Below, one piece after another: positions 1-9,335 of a stretch of 64,000 bases of DNA; position 1 is the stretch's first letter, and each line of letters opens with the position of its first letter. A program made the translations under genes and the position numbers. The notes under the pieces were generated by a model. That model saw only the letters and a program-made list of their open reading frames with translations, searched no databases and was not told where the DNA came from. Source of the DNA: a virus; the IMG/VR virus record IMGVR_UViG_3300046787_000200, positions 213,090-277,089 of that record; one strand, 5' to 3'.

Positions 1-43
1 TTGGTGAAGAAGAATTCTTAAAAGAACACGAACAAACTAAAAT

Positions 44-535
44 GTGGAGGACTCTTTCAAAATGATTTTCAATCACATTAAAGAATTAAAAGCACAAGGA
101 AAGAAGATCGGTATTACTTTTAGTACATTTGATCTTTTACATGCCGGTCATGTAGCTATGTTGAGTGAAGCAAAGAATCATTGTGATTACTTAATTTGTG
201 GACTGCAAACTGACCCTACAATTGATCGACCTGATACTAAGAACAAACCAATTCAAAGTATTGTAGAACGACAGATTCAATTAGCGGCTTGTCGCTATGT
301 TGATGAAGTAGTTGTATATCAAACTGAACAGGACCTCATTGACCTACTGCTTATTCTACCATTAGATGTTCGCATTTTGGGCGTAGAGTATGCAGATAAA
401 GAGTTTACCGGAAGATGGGAAGGTAGTGAGCGCGGCATTGAACTTGTGTTCAATGGTCGTGACCATAGTTTCAGTAGTAGTAGTTTAAGAAAACGAGTAG
501 CAGATGCTCAAATTATAAATACACTTAATAAATAA
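44..535 (+). CDS. HxGH nucleotidyltransferase (cytidylyl/adenylyltransferase; resembles TagD and HldE domain II)
   Basis: 163 aa. N-terminal GITFSTFDLLHAGHV (HxGH motif) and overall pattern match small sugar-phosphate nucleotidyltransferases. Confidence 0.6.
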   Translation: MEDSFKMIFNHIKELKAQGKKIGITFSTFDLLHAGHVAMLSEAKNHCDYLICGLQTDPTIDRPDTKNKPIQSIVERQIQLAACRYVDEVVVYQTEQDLIDLLLILPLDVRILGVEYADKEFTGRWEGSERGIELVFNGRDHSFSSSSLRKRVADAQIINTLNK

Positions 536-536
536 T

Positions 537-1331
537 ATGCCAAAAAGAATACTAATAATGGGTCTTCCAGGATCCGGAAAAACATACCTAGCACAGCACA
601 TTGTAGACCATCTACAAGCTGAAAAGAAAAAAGTTGGTTGGTTAAATGCCGATGACGTTCGTAAAAAGTACAACGATTGGGACTTTAGTACTGAAGGTCG
701 TATTCGTCAAAGCCATCGTATGCGTGAATTAGCAGATGCAATGACTAATGTTGATTATGTGATATGTGACTTTGTTGCACCACTTGTTGAAATGCGTAAC
801 AACTTCAAAGCAGACTGGACTATTTGGGTTGATACCATTGACAAAGGTCGTTTTGAAGATACTAATAAAGCCTTTATTCCACCTGATGTATATGACTTTA
901 GAATCACAGAACAACATGGTGAAAAGTGGGGTGAGTTCATTGCCGCACATATCTTAGATAATAGACGCAGACCGATATTTGATTGGCAAAAAGAAACAGT
1001 ACAGATGTTAGGCCGCTGGCAACCATGGCATGAAGGACATCGTAAATTATTTGAACGATCTATTGCCAAGACAGGACAGGTTGTAATACAGATACGTGAT
1101 TGTCAAGGATGGAATGGTTCTAATCCATTTGCCATCGAACAAGTAAAGAACTTTATTAAACGTGATTTAGATATGTTATATCAAGGTCAATATGAAATTC
1201 AAATTGTTCCAAATATTGTTAATATTACATATGGTCGTGATGTTGGATATAAGATTGAACAAGAAACTTTTGATGATGCTACACATTCTATTAGTGCCAC
1301 AAAGATTCGCAAGGAGATGGGCCTTAAGTAA
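537..1331 (+). CDS. fusion of a P-loop kinase-like domain and an HxGH nucleotidyltransferase-like domain
   Basis: N-terminal Walker A (IMGLPGSGKTYLAQHI). C-terminal WQPWHEGHRKLFE (HxGH). Starts 2 nt after the previous stop. Confidence 0.5.
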   Translation: MPKRILIMGLPGSGKTYLAQHIVDHLQAEKKKVGWLNADDVRKKYNDWDFSTEGRIRQSHRMRELADAMTNVDYVICDFVAPLVEMRNNFKADWTIWVDTIDKGRFEDTNKAFIPPDVYDFRITEQHGEKWGEFIAAHILDNRRRPIFDWQKETVQMLGRWQPWHEGHRKLFERSIAKTGQVVIQIRDCQGWNGSNPFAIEQVKNFIKRDLDMLYQGQYEIQIVPNIVNITYGRDVGYKIEQETFDDATHSISATKIRKEMGLK

Positions 1332-1921
1332 TGTTTTCTGATTTGAAGTTACCTATAGTAATTATTTCATCAATACGTACAGGATCTACCGGCCTTCTTT
1401 TTGAATTAGAAAAGATATTTTTAGAAAAGGGTATCAGTCCTGTAGTATTAAATGAACCTATAGTATATAACAACAAATCAGATTCAGTTATACCATTTTT
1501 AAAATCTATCAATACTAATCAATTTATTCTTAAAGTACATGCATATGATTTACAATATTACCCAAAATATTTTATTAAAAAACTAGAAAATAATTCATAT
1601 AATATTATAAGATTGCGTAGAAAATCAATAATTGATCAATGCTTAAGTTTATATATTAGTCTATATACAAAAATTTGGATTAATACTACTGAAACAAATA
1701 AACAGTTAGAAAATACTACTATTGAAATATCTGAACAATTATTACATAAAACAATTGAGGATGTTAAAAAATTTAATAAAGCTATTGATAATTGTGCATA
1801 TAAATTTTCATTAGATTTAATCTATGAGGATTTGGAATTAACAAAAACGTTTACGGTAAAAAGAAAAACGTCAATAACATACGAAGAACTAAGAAGTCGT
1901 ATTTCCAAAATGATTACATGA
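1331..1921 (+). CDS. hypothetical protein with a weak sulfotransferase-like P-loop
   Basis: 196 aa. Beta-strand followed by IRTGSTGLL, resembling a sulfotransferase PAPS loop. Start overlaps the upstream stop (TAATG). AT-rich. Confidence 0.35.
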   Translation: MFSDLKLPIVIISSIRTGSTGLLFELEKIFLEKGISPVVLNEPIVYNNKSDSVIPFLKSINTNQFILKVHAYDLQYYPKYFIKKLENNSYNIIRLRRKSIIDQCLSLYISLYTKIWINTTETNKQLENTTIEISEQLLHKTIEDVKKFNKAIDNCAYKFSLDLIYEDLELTKTFTVKRKTSITYEELRSRISKMIT

Positions 1922-1959
1922 GTTAAATATCACAACCGGTCTCTTTGGGCTCACCCCGG

Positions 1960-1989
1960 TATACAAATTCTGCGTCCTATGCTATAATC
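1960..1989 (+). promoter_or_regulatory. sigma70-like promoter (weak -35 TATACA, -10 TATAAT) upstream of queD
   Basis: TATAAT at 1984-1989 with 18-nt spacer. Conserved ACATAGGAGA ribosome-binding context before the ATG. Confidence 0.3.
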
Positions 1990-2006
1990 TAACATAGGAG
2001 AAATCA

Positions 2007-2489
2007 ATGGCAAATAAAAAATTCTTTTCAACAAAAACATACAGACAAATAGGTCCTGTCGCATACCGTCAATGGCGTGCTGATAGTCATTGTAATTTGA
2101 TTCATGGCTATGCTATGAGTTTTCACTTTGAGTTTGAAGCCGACACACTAGATGCTCGTAATTGGGTAACTGACTTCGGTGGACTACGCCCACTTAAAGA
2201 TAAACTAGAAGAATGGTTTGACCATACTCTATTAGTCGCACAAGATGATCCTATGCGTGATGAACTATTGCGTTTAGGTGAATTGAAACTAGCAAAGATT
2301 ACAGAAGTAGAACGCACTGGCTGTGAAGGTATTGCTGACTTCTTGTATGAATACATTAACACAATCTTCTTGCCCAATTGCGGTAGTGAAGAAGCTAAAC
2401 GTGTATGGTGCTGTAGAGTAGAGGTCCGTGAGACTGATAGTAATATGGCAGGGCGTGGTGGTCACCGAGAAGATAGAGAGTTTGAATGA
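2007..2489 (+). CDS. queD: 6-carboxy-5,6,7,8-tetrahydropterin synthase (QueD / PTPS family)
   Basis: 160 aa. CxxHGH-type motif SHCNLIHGYAMSFHFEF matches the QueD zinc site and fold pattern. Confidence 0.8.
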   Translation: MANKKFFSTKTYRQIGPVAYRQWRADSHCNLIHGYAMSFHFEFEADTLDARNWVTDFGGLRPLKDKLEEWFDHTLLVAQDDPMRDELLRLGELKLAKITEVERTGCEGIADFLYEYINTIFLPNCGSEEAKRVWCCRVEVRETDSNMAGRGGHREDREFE

Positions 2490-3661
2490 GCAAAAGAGTA
2501 GCAGTAATCGGTGCAGGCATTACCGGCATCACAACAGCATATTACCTTGCTAAACAAGGTTATCAAGTACACGTGTACGAACAAGAGCCTTACCCCGCAA
2601 TGCGTACTAGCTTTGCTAACGGGGGTCAGGTCTCTGTAAGTAACAGCGAAGTATGGACTACATGGAGTAACGTCAAGAAGGGCATCAAGTGGCTCTTTAA
2701 GAAAGATGCTCCACTACTCATTCGCCCTCGTTTAGATTTCAAACAATGGAAGTGGATCGCAAAGTTCTTATACAATACTGCCACCAATCAGTATGAAAAG
2801 AACACTAGCGAAACAATTAAAATGGGCCTAGAATCTAGTAAGTTGTACAAAGAGATTATTTACACAGAGAAACTATCGTTCGACCAATCACCTAGTGGCA
2901 TCTTGCACTTCTACAAAGACGACCAATACTTTGAAGCCGCTAAACAAGCACAAACTATCTATCGTAGTAATGGTTGCGAGTGGGATATTGTTAGTACACA
3001 AAAAGTTAAAGAACTAGAAAGTAAACTAGAATCTGTTAAAGGTATTGTAGGTGGTGCTTGGACATTAAGTGATTGGACCGGAGACATTCACAAGTTTTGT
3101 ATTGAACTAGAGAAAGTATTAAAGAAGAAATACGGTGTAGCCTTCATTTACAATACAACAGTTACCAAAGAGTATATGCAACAGCTAGTTAATTTGTATG
3201 ATAGTGTTGTTGTGTCAGCGGGTGTAGGTAGCGTTGAAATTGCTAAGTATGTCGGTGATAACCTTGATATATATCCAGTCAAGGGTTATAGTATCACTAT
3301 TAACAACGTAGATAAGAAACACTTACCTATCGTTAGTCTATTAGATGACCAGGCAAAGATTGTTACATCAACATTGGGCAACAAGTTCCGTGTTGCAGGT
3401 ACTGCTGAACTTGCAGGTGAGAACTACGATATCAGACACGATAGAGTTAAACCACTATTAGATTGGGTAAGAACTAACTTCCCGAATATCAATACGCATG
3501 ATTACAGTAGTTGGGCTTGCTTGCGACCAATGACTCCTAATATGATGCCTATTACCAAATGTAGTGACAAGAATAGTAAAGTGTACTATAATACAGGACA
3601 CGGTCACTTAGGCTGGACATTAGCACCATACACAGCAAAACTTATTTCGGAACAAATATGA
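2486..3661 (+). CDS. FAD-dependent oxidoreductase (D-amino-acid oxidase / ThiO-like)
   Basis: N-terminal Rossmann motif VAVIGAGITGITTAYYL. C-terminal GHGHLGW block. ATGA overlaps with both neighbours. Confidence 0.7.
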   Translation: MSKRVAVIGAGITGITTAYYLAKQGYQVHVYEQEPYPAMRTSFANGGQVSVSNSEVWTTWSNVKKGIKWLFKKDAPLLIRPRLDFKQWKWIAKFLYNTATNQYEKNTSETIKMGLESSKLYKEIIYTEKLSFDQSPSGILHFYKDDQYFEAAKQAQTIYRSNGCEWDIVSTQKVKELESKLESVKGIVGGAWTLSDWTGDIHKFCIELEKVLKKKYGVAFIYNTTVTKEYMQQLVNLYDSVVVSAGVGSVEIAKYVGDNLDIYPVKGYSITINNVDKKHLPIVSLLDDQAKIVTSTLGNKFRVAGTAELAGENYDIRHDRVKPLLDWVRTNFPNINTHDYSSWACLRPMTPNMMPITKCSDKNSKVYYNTGHGHLGWTLAPYTAKLISEQI

Positions 3662-4506
3662 GTCATTTAAAAGTATCAGAGTTATTTTACAGCATTCAAG
3701 GTGAGGGTAGATACATGGGTGTTCCCTCCGTGTTCTTACGAACATATGGATGTAATTTTACATGCGGTGGATTCGGCATGTCTAAGGGAGAAGTTAGTAG
3801 TGAGAGAGATGTTATTGCGATTAAAGCAGAAGATTATACAGATTATAAATCCCTACCGCTTGTCAGTACGGGATGTGATAGTTACGCAAGTTGGGACCCT
3901 AGGTTTAAACATCTTAGTCCTGTGCTCACTACCGATGCTATTGCTAGTAGCATTATGGATATACTTCCTCATGGGCGTTGGATGGATGAGCATCTTGTTA
4001 TTACAGGTGGTGAACCTCTTCTCGGTTGGCAAAGAGCGTATCCAGAATTACTTTCGCATGAAAAAATGAAGGCATTGAAAGAGATTACATTTGAAACTAA
4101 CGGCACACAAGAACTGAGTCAAGACCTTAAAGTATATCTACAACAATGGAAGATCAACAGAGAAAAGAATGCATTAACATTTAGTGTAAGCCCTAAATTA
4201 AGCATTAGCGGTGAGAAGTGGGAAGAAGCAATTCGTCCTGAGATTATTCATCAATATGAAAGTATAGGCTTTGTATATTTGAAGTTTGTTATTGCTACGA
4301 GTGAGGATGCACTTGAAGCAGATAAGGCAGTTAAAGAATATCGTCACAGAGGATTTAGAGGGCCAGTATACTTTATGCCATGCGGTGGTGTAGAATCACT
4401 TTACAATCTAAATGCTAAGAATGTAGCTATTGAAGCAATGAATCGAGGATATAGATACAGTGATAGATTGCAAGTGCCGTTGTTTAAAAATGAATGGGGA
4501 ACATAA
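3658..4506 (+). CDS. queE: 7-carboxy-7-deazaguanine synthase-like radical SAM protein (QueE)
   Basis: N-terminal ELFYSIQGEG matches the QueE signature. Cysteine motif is GCNFTCGGFG, i.e. non-canonical spacing. Confidence 0.7.
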   Translation: MSHLKVSELFYSIQGEGRYMGVPSVFLRTYGCNFTCGGFGMSKGEVSSERDVIAIKAEDYTDYKSLPLVSTGCDSYASWDPRFKHLSPVLTTDAIASSIMDILPHGRWMDEHLVITGGEPLLGWQRAYPELLSHEKMKALKEITFETNGTQELSQDLKVYLQQWKINREKNALTFSVSPKLSISGEKWEEAIRPEIIHQYESIGFVYLKFVIATSEDALEADKAVKEYRHRGFRGPVYFMPCGGVESLYNLNAKNVAIEAMNRGYRYSDRLQVPLFKNEWGT

Positions 4507-4688
4507 TGAAAGAAATAGTAATAACAAGAAATCAATTTGAGAAATTAAAAGAAGTTTTTGAAATGTACGACCTTGATAGAGTTGTTTGGAAAGAAAATTC
4601 ATCTAGTGGCATCGGTCCCACAGTTACAATTGAATTTGATCCAAAGAGCACAATGAAGATGGACATCACCGATGTTGATAGTTGGTAA
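4494..4688 (+). CDS. hypothetical protein
   Basis: 64 aa ORF overlapping the queE stop; in the operon orientation. Confidence 0.4.
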   Translation: MGNIMKEIVITRNQFEKLKEVFEMYDLDRVVWKENSSSGIGPTVTIEFDPKSTMKMDITDVDSW

Positions 4689-4705
4689 TAATATAAAGGA
4701 AATTA

Positions 4706-5806
4706 ATGAGTTATTTATTTACAAGTGAGAGCGTATCGGAGGGACACCCTGATAAAATTGCAGATGCAATTAGTGATAAAGTATTAGATTTAGTAATGAC
4801 ACATGAGGATCGAGCATTACGTTGTGCATGTGAAACATTGGTTACTACTAATCGTGTTATTGTTGCAGGTGAGTATAAAGGAGTATTGCACAACGAAGCC
4901 GTAGAAAATGCTGTACGTGATGTTATTAAAGATGTAGGTTATGAACAATTAGGTTTTGATTGGCGTACAGTAGAGATTACTAATCTATTGCACGGACAAA
5001 GTGCTGATATTGCGTTAGGTACAGATACGTTTGGTGCAGGTGATCAAGGATTAATGTTTGGCTATGCATGCAATGAAACAGATGTACATATGCCCTCAGC
5101 TATCTATTGGGCGCATCGTATTGTAGAAGAACTAACACAGATTCGTAAGTCAGGGTCAGTTGAATGGTTAGGTCCAGATGCTAAAAGTCAAGTAACATTT
5201 GAATATAACGATGACAATACACCTAAGCGTATTAGTAAAGTAGTGTGTTCAACGCAACACAGTGAAGGTATTGATATCAATTCAGTTAGAATGGGTGTTG
5301 AGAATATCATTCGAGGAATACTACCGGAACAATATTTAGACAATGAAACTGAATTCTTTATTAACCCAACTGGTCGATTTGTTATCGGTGGTCCTGATGG
5401 TGACACTGGGCTTACTGGCCGTAAGATTATCGTTGATACTTATGGTGGGTATAGCCCTCATGGTGGCGGAGCCTTCAGTGGCAAAGATCCTACTAAAGTG
5501 GATAGGTCTGCTGCCTACATGATGCGATATATTGCTAAAAATATTGTAGCAAGCGGACAAGCAAACTGGGCTACTTGTCAGATTAGTTATGCTATTGGTA
5601 TGGCACAACCTATGAGTTTCTACATTGAAACTGCACATACTGAACAAAGTCGCACACTAACAAAATGGGTACAAGACAATGTTGATTTGACACCTAACGG
5701 TATCATTGATCGTTTTGATTTGTTTAGACCGATCTATAGTAGCACAACTAACTATGGTCACTTTGGTAAGCCAGACTTGCCTTGGGAAAAAGTAGATTTG
5801 TTCTAA
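4706..5806 (+). CDS. metK: S-adenosylmethionine synthetase
   Basis: 366 aa. SESVSEGHPDKIADAISD N-terminus and MetK-wide conservation. Confidence 0.9.
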   Translation: MSYLFTSESVSEGHPDKIADAISDKVLDLVMTHEDRALRCACETLVTTNRVIVAGEYKGVLHNEAVENAVRDVIKDVGYEQLGFDWRTVEITNLLHGQSADIALGTDTFGAGDQGLMFGYACNETDVHMPSAIYWAHRIVEELTQIRKSGSVEWLGPDAKSQVTFEYNDDNTPKRISKVVCSTQHSEGIDINSVRMGVENIIRGILPEQYLDNETEFFINPTGRFVIGGPDGDTGLTGRKIIVDTYGGYSPHGGGAFSGKDPTKVDRSAAYMMRYIAKNIVASGQANWATCQISYAIGMAQPMSFYIETAHTEQSRTLTKWVQDNVDLTPNGIIDRFDLFRPIYSSTTNYGHFGKPDLPWEKVDLF

Positions 5807-5807
5807 A

Positions 5808-6038
5808 ATGCCACTAGACGAGTTTATATCACAGGCAGATGATTATTTCTATAAGAGATGTTTGGGGGCCGAGCTTAAATTTGCTTGGTTGCCCAAGACT
5901 TGTTATATATCCGGTAAAACTATTTGGTTGAAATACGGGTACAAAATGACAGCCATGTGGACTGGCCCTGATGATCCTGTCTTTGAACACAGATGGCACG
6001 ATAAGAATACCCATATTATATGGAAACTAACGAGGTAA
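5808..6038 (+). CDS. hypothetical protein
   Basis: 76 aa ORF starting 2 nt after the metK stop. Confidence 0.4.
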   Translation: MPLDEFISQADDYFYKRCLGAELKFAWLPKTCYISGKTIWLKYGYKMTAMWTGPDDPVFEHRWHDKNTHIIWKLTR

Positions 6039-6042
6039 ATAC

Positions 6043-6222
6043 ATGTATGAGTTAAGATATCTTGTCCGTCCTGGTTGGGATGGACCTGAAAAAGTGTTAC
6101 AATATAGAACACAGATTGAAGTTTCTGATTATAGTGCAGTAAATCCTAGAACTAGTGACTATATTAGAAAACTTGAATGGACAGAATGGCGTGACGTGCC
6201 AGTAGTAGATGAAACAAAATGA
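6043..6222 (+). CDS. hypothetical small protein (59 aa)
   Basis: Not in the ORF track (<60 aa). Its stop overlaps the next start (ATGA). Confidence 0.35.
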   Translation: MYELRYLVRPGWDGPEKVLQYRTQIEVSDYSAVNPRTSDYIRKLEWTEWRDVPVVDETK

Positions 6223-7550
6223 GAACATACGATAAACGCATTGGATTTTTAGTAAGCTATCAAACACTAATACCGCATGGTGGTATTGGACAATTTACAA
6301 AAAGTTTTTGTGAGTTGATGGATAGTCATAACATTAAAGTAGATATCATTACTGATAAGTTACCCCAAGACAATGAGTTTATTAAATCTATTCCGACTAA
6401 TATTATAGCACCAGCAGAATCATTACGATATACTGAGCATAGTAATATTTTTATGTATGGTGATACTTTCTGTTATGAACGTATGGCTAACTTCCGTAAT
6501 AGTATTATTAAAGCATTGAGTAGTAATTTATATGATGCATTAGTTTGCAATACATACGAGACTGTTCAAGTGGCTAGCACTATGGGTCTTGATGATTGCA
6601 TTCAAATCATCGCATATACTCATTTAGAAAGTCAAATCTTTAAAGATACAAAGAACCCTTTCTTATACAATACAAATGCAATGATGCGACAGCAATTAGA
6701 TACACCGGGAGTATATGTAGGGACTCAAAGTAAATTTAATCAATTGAATATCAGTGATACTGCGTATCATCTTCCTATCCCTATTACAGAGAAATCATTA
6801 TTAGAAGAATATCACGGACCACGTGAAGGTGTATTATTCGTTGGTCGTTGGGAAGAAGGCAAGAACCCTGAATTGTTTATTGACTTAATTGAACAGACTG
6901 GGTTGCCTGCTAAGGTTATGACTAGTCCTAATGGTGTAAAGAAGTTTGAAGATAGACTAGCAAAAATTGGTGCTGTGTTTGATGTTCGTTCTAGTATCAT
7001 TGGTCAAGAGAAAGTTGATTTCATCAAGTCAAGTCGTATTGCATTTAATCCTAGTGTAGTCGAAAGTTATGGCATGGCATTCTATGAACAACACATTCAA
7101 TTGCCTACGTTAGTATTAGAGAGCCAACGATGGACTAAAAACTTCAATGAAGATTTCTTTTACAAATGCACAAAGAAAGACATGGCTAAGAGTGCACAAG
7201 AGTTATATGATAGTTTTGAGAAACCAGAAACTTGGTATAACTTAGGATCATTGGATCATGCTAAACAGCAAGAAGATAGTGTATTTCACAAGTGGAATAG
7301 TTGCTTCCGTGAATTTCAGCCTAAGTTATCTAACAGTAATACAGCTAAAATTTGTAATGAAACAACTATTACACATTCTGACTTCATTGAAAATCTAGGT
7401 CGTAGTGTAATTTGTATTGATGATGTTCGTAGCGTGTTGACCAACAAACATAAGTTTAGAGTTATCTATACAGACAATGACACTTATTTAACTAAAGATC
7501 CAGTCTTTGAACCAGCAGAAGAAACTAGTGAGGAATTATTTCAGTGGTAA
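6219..7550 (+). CDS. glycosyltransferase, GT-B / GT4-like
   Basis: 443 aa. LFVGRWEEGKN ... VESYGMAFYEQ resembles the GT4 E-x7-E donor-binding region. Confidence 0.5.
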   Translation: MRTYDKRIGFLVSYQTLIPHGGIGQFTKSFCELMDSHNIKVDIITDKLPQDNEFIKSIPTNIIAPAESLRYTEHSNIFMYGDTFCYERMANFRNSIIKALSSNLYDALVCNTYETVQVASTMGLDDCIQIIAYTHLESQIFKDTKNPFLYNTNAMMRQQLDTPGVYVGTQSKFNQLNISDTAYHLPIPITEKSLLEEYHGPREGVLFVGRWEEGKNPELFIDLIEQTGLPAKVMTSPNGVKKFEDRLAKIGAVFDVRSSIIGQEKVDFIKSSRIAFNPSVVESYGMAFYEQHIQLPTLVLESQRWTKNFNEDFFYKCTKKDMAKSAQELYDSFEKPETWYNLGSLDHAKQQEDSVFHKWNSCFREFQPKLSNSNTAKICNETTITHSDFIENLGRSVICIDDVRSVLTNKHKFRVIYTDNDTYLTKDPVFEPAEETSEELFQW

Positions 7551-8377
7551 AAAAAGTTTTAATTACAGGTAACAGTGGTTACATAGGTTCACATCTTACT
7601 AAGATGTTAAAGAATGATTATGAAGTTTATGGATTAGATAAAGTAGAGCCACAAGAGTCACCTCATACATTCTATCATTGTGATATCAATCGTCAGTTTA
7701 GTTTAGAAGATGAGTTTGATTGTGTGATTCATTTAGCCGCATTGGTTAATGTAGGTGAAAGCGAAATCAAACCTATTCCATATTACATTACTAATTTGAA
7801 TGGCACAATGAATGTGTTGAATAAAATTAAAACAAAGAACTTTATCTTTGCAAGCACAGGAGCCGCACAAGATTGTTGTAGTGCATACGGAATTAGTAAA
7901 CGTGCGGCAGAAGATGTAGTTAGAGAATATTGTATCACCCATCGTCCAACACCATATACAATCTTTAGATTTTATAATGTTATTGGAAGCGAAGGCTTTG
8001 CTCCCACTAACCCCGATGGATTGATGTATAATCTAATTATGGCTATGCAATCAAAACAGTTTACTATATTCGGTAATGATTATGATGTATCACCTGATGG
8101 CACTTGTATTAGAGATTATGTTCATGTAAATGAAATATGTGATGCATTAAAACAAGCTATTGAGAAACCTAGTAATAGTGTAGAATGTTTGGGTCACGGA
8201 GTAGGATATACTGTAAAAGAGATTGTTGATGAGTTTCAAAAAGTCAATAATATCAACTTCAACGTGAAATACGGTTCAAGAAGAAAGGGTGATGTGGCCA
8301 GTAGTGTATTAGAAGATGTATCTCCTTATATGCGTAATTTGTATACAATAGACGAGTTGCTAAAGGTTGACAAATAA
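7544..8377 (+). CDS. NAD-dependent epimerase/dehydratase (SDR family)
   Basis: VLITGNSGYIGSHL Rossmann motif and a YGISK (YxxxK) catalytic motif. Confidence 0.7.
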   Translation: MVKKVLITGNSGYIGSHLTKMLKNDYEVYGLDKVEPQESPHTFYHCDINRQFSLEDEFDCVIHLAALVNVGESEIKPIPYYITNLNGTMNVLNKIKTKNFIFASTGAAQDCCSAYGISKRAAEDVVREYCITHRPTPYTIFRFYNVIGSEGFAPTNPDGLMYNLIMAMQSKQFTIFGNDYDVSPDGTCIRDYVHVNEICDALKQAIEKPSNSVECLGHGVGYTVKEIVDEFQKVNNINFNVKYGSRRKGDVASSVLEDVSPYMRNLYTIDELLKVDK

Positions 8378-8591
8378 TACATTTGGGTATATAATAGAGT
8401 CTTATTCAGTTGATTTACAGGGTAACAAAATGTCAGAAAAAGTAGAGCTTTATTGCACCCAAAATGACGAAGGTCAATGGCTTGTTTGGTTCCCTCATCC
8501 CTTAGGCGGTATGAATGTCTTGGAAACATTCGACAATGAAACCGACGCTAGGGCTTTTCACCAAGATCAAATTGATAGTGCTGAAATTTGA
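8367..8591 (+). CDS. hypothetical protein
   Basis: 74 aa. Its stop codon TGA lies inside the -35 of the downstream promoter. Confidence 0.4.
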   Translation: MTNNTFGYIIESYSVDLQGNKMSEKVELYCTQNDEGQWLVWFPHPLGGMNVLETFDNETDARAFHQDQIDSAEI

Positions 8592-8616
8592 CAATAAATG
8601 GCAATTGTGCTATAAT
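8588..8616 (+). promoter_or_regulatory. consensus sigma70-type phage early promoter TTGACAATAAAT-N-TATAAT
   Basis: TTGACA at 8588-8593, TATAAT at 8611-8616, 17-nt spacer. Confidence 0.55.
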
Positions 8617-8650
8617 ACTTGTATTGAGTTAATTAAAGGAATATAGATAT

Positions 8651-9322
8651 ATGGTTACGCAAACTAAATCGTTCAAATTGCCTAAAAATTTTCCACCAGT
8701 GGACAATGGTAGTGTATACAAAGAAATTACAAAAGTCATTAAAAACAATGAATTTGTATTTGATTTGGATAACCAAATATCAATGTTGGCATTACAAAAA
8801 ATGTTACCAGAGTATCCTTTTACTAAGGTTGCTGATTGTGTTTTGAATGTAGCTGAAAACTTTTTAGGTAAAAGTCTCTCTAGAAGAAAATATATTGATA
8901 GTATGTCATTTCAAGGTAATCTAGTTGATTATATTCCGGTAGCTGATATCAAAGCTTTGTGGGACGCTAGTCCTAAAGAATGGGTATACACTATTGTATA
9001 CAATGGTAAAATTGTTAAAATTGGCATGACTAGTTCGGGATTATCATCTAGGTATACTTCATATAAATCCGGAACTACCTTAGCAATGATTAAGGGTAGT
9101 TGTGCTACAACTAATTTTGTAGTTACACAATGCAATTATCTCGCATTATTGAAGAATATTAAGGTTGAAATTTTTGCATATGAAATTCCTCAGTTGATTA
9201 CTGAGCAGATTATTTTTGGCAAAAAAGAAAAAGTGCTAAATAAAGTAGCACATCAATTTGAATCTACCTTAATCAATATATACAAAGATTCAAAAGGATA
9301 TATTCCACCTTTGTGCGGATAA
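8651..9322 (+). CDS. hypothetical protein with a possible degenerate GIY-YIG nuclease motif
   Basis: VYTIVYNGKIVKIGMTSSGLSSRYTSY resembles GIY..YIG..R. Weak call. Confidence 0.3.
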   Translation: MVTQTKSFKLPKNFPPVDNGSVYKEITKVIKNNEFVFDLDNQISMLALQKMLPEYPFTKVADCVLNVAENFLGKSLSRRKYIDSMSFQGNLVDYIPVADIKALWDASPKEWVYTIVYNGKIVKIGMTSSGLSSRYTSYKSGTTLAMIKGSCATTNFVVTQCNYLALLKNIKVEIFAYEIPQLITEQIIFGKKEKVLNKVAHQFESTLINIYKDSKGYIPPLCG

Positions 9323-9335
9323 TTATAAAAACTTA

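Noticed and set aside
1921-2006. tRNA or small RNA in the intergenic region and elsewhere
   Set aside because: No cloverleaf-compatible segment was found in any intergenic region, and no GGTTCGAATCC-type T-arm. The intergenic regions are explained by promoters, leaders and terminators. A tRNAscan run would be needed for certainty.
3701-4069. 122-aa plus-strand ORF inside queE
   Set aside because: It is an alternative frame wholly contained in the conserved QueE coding region.
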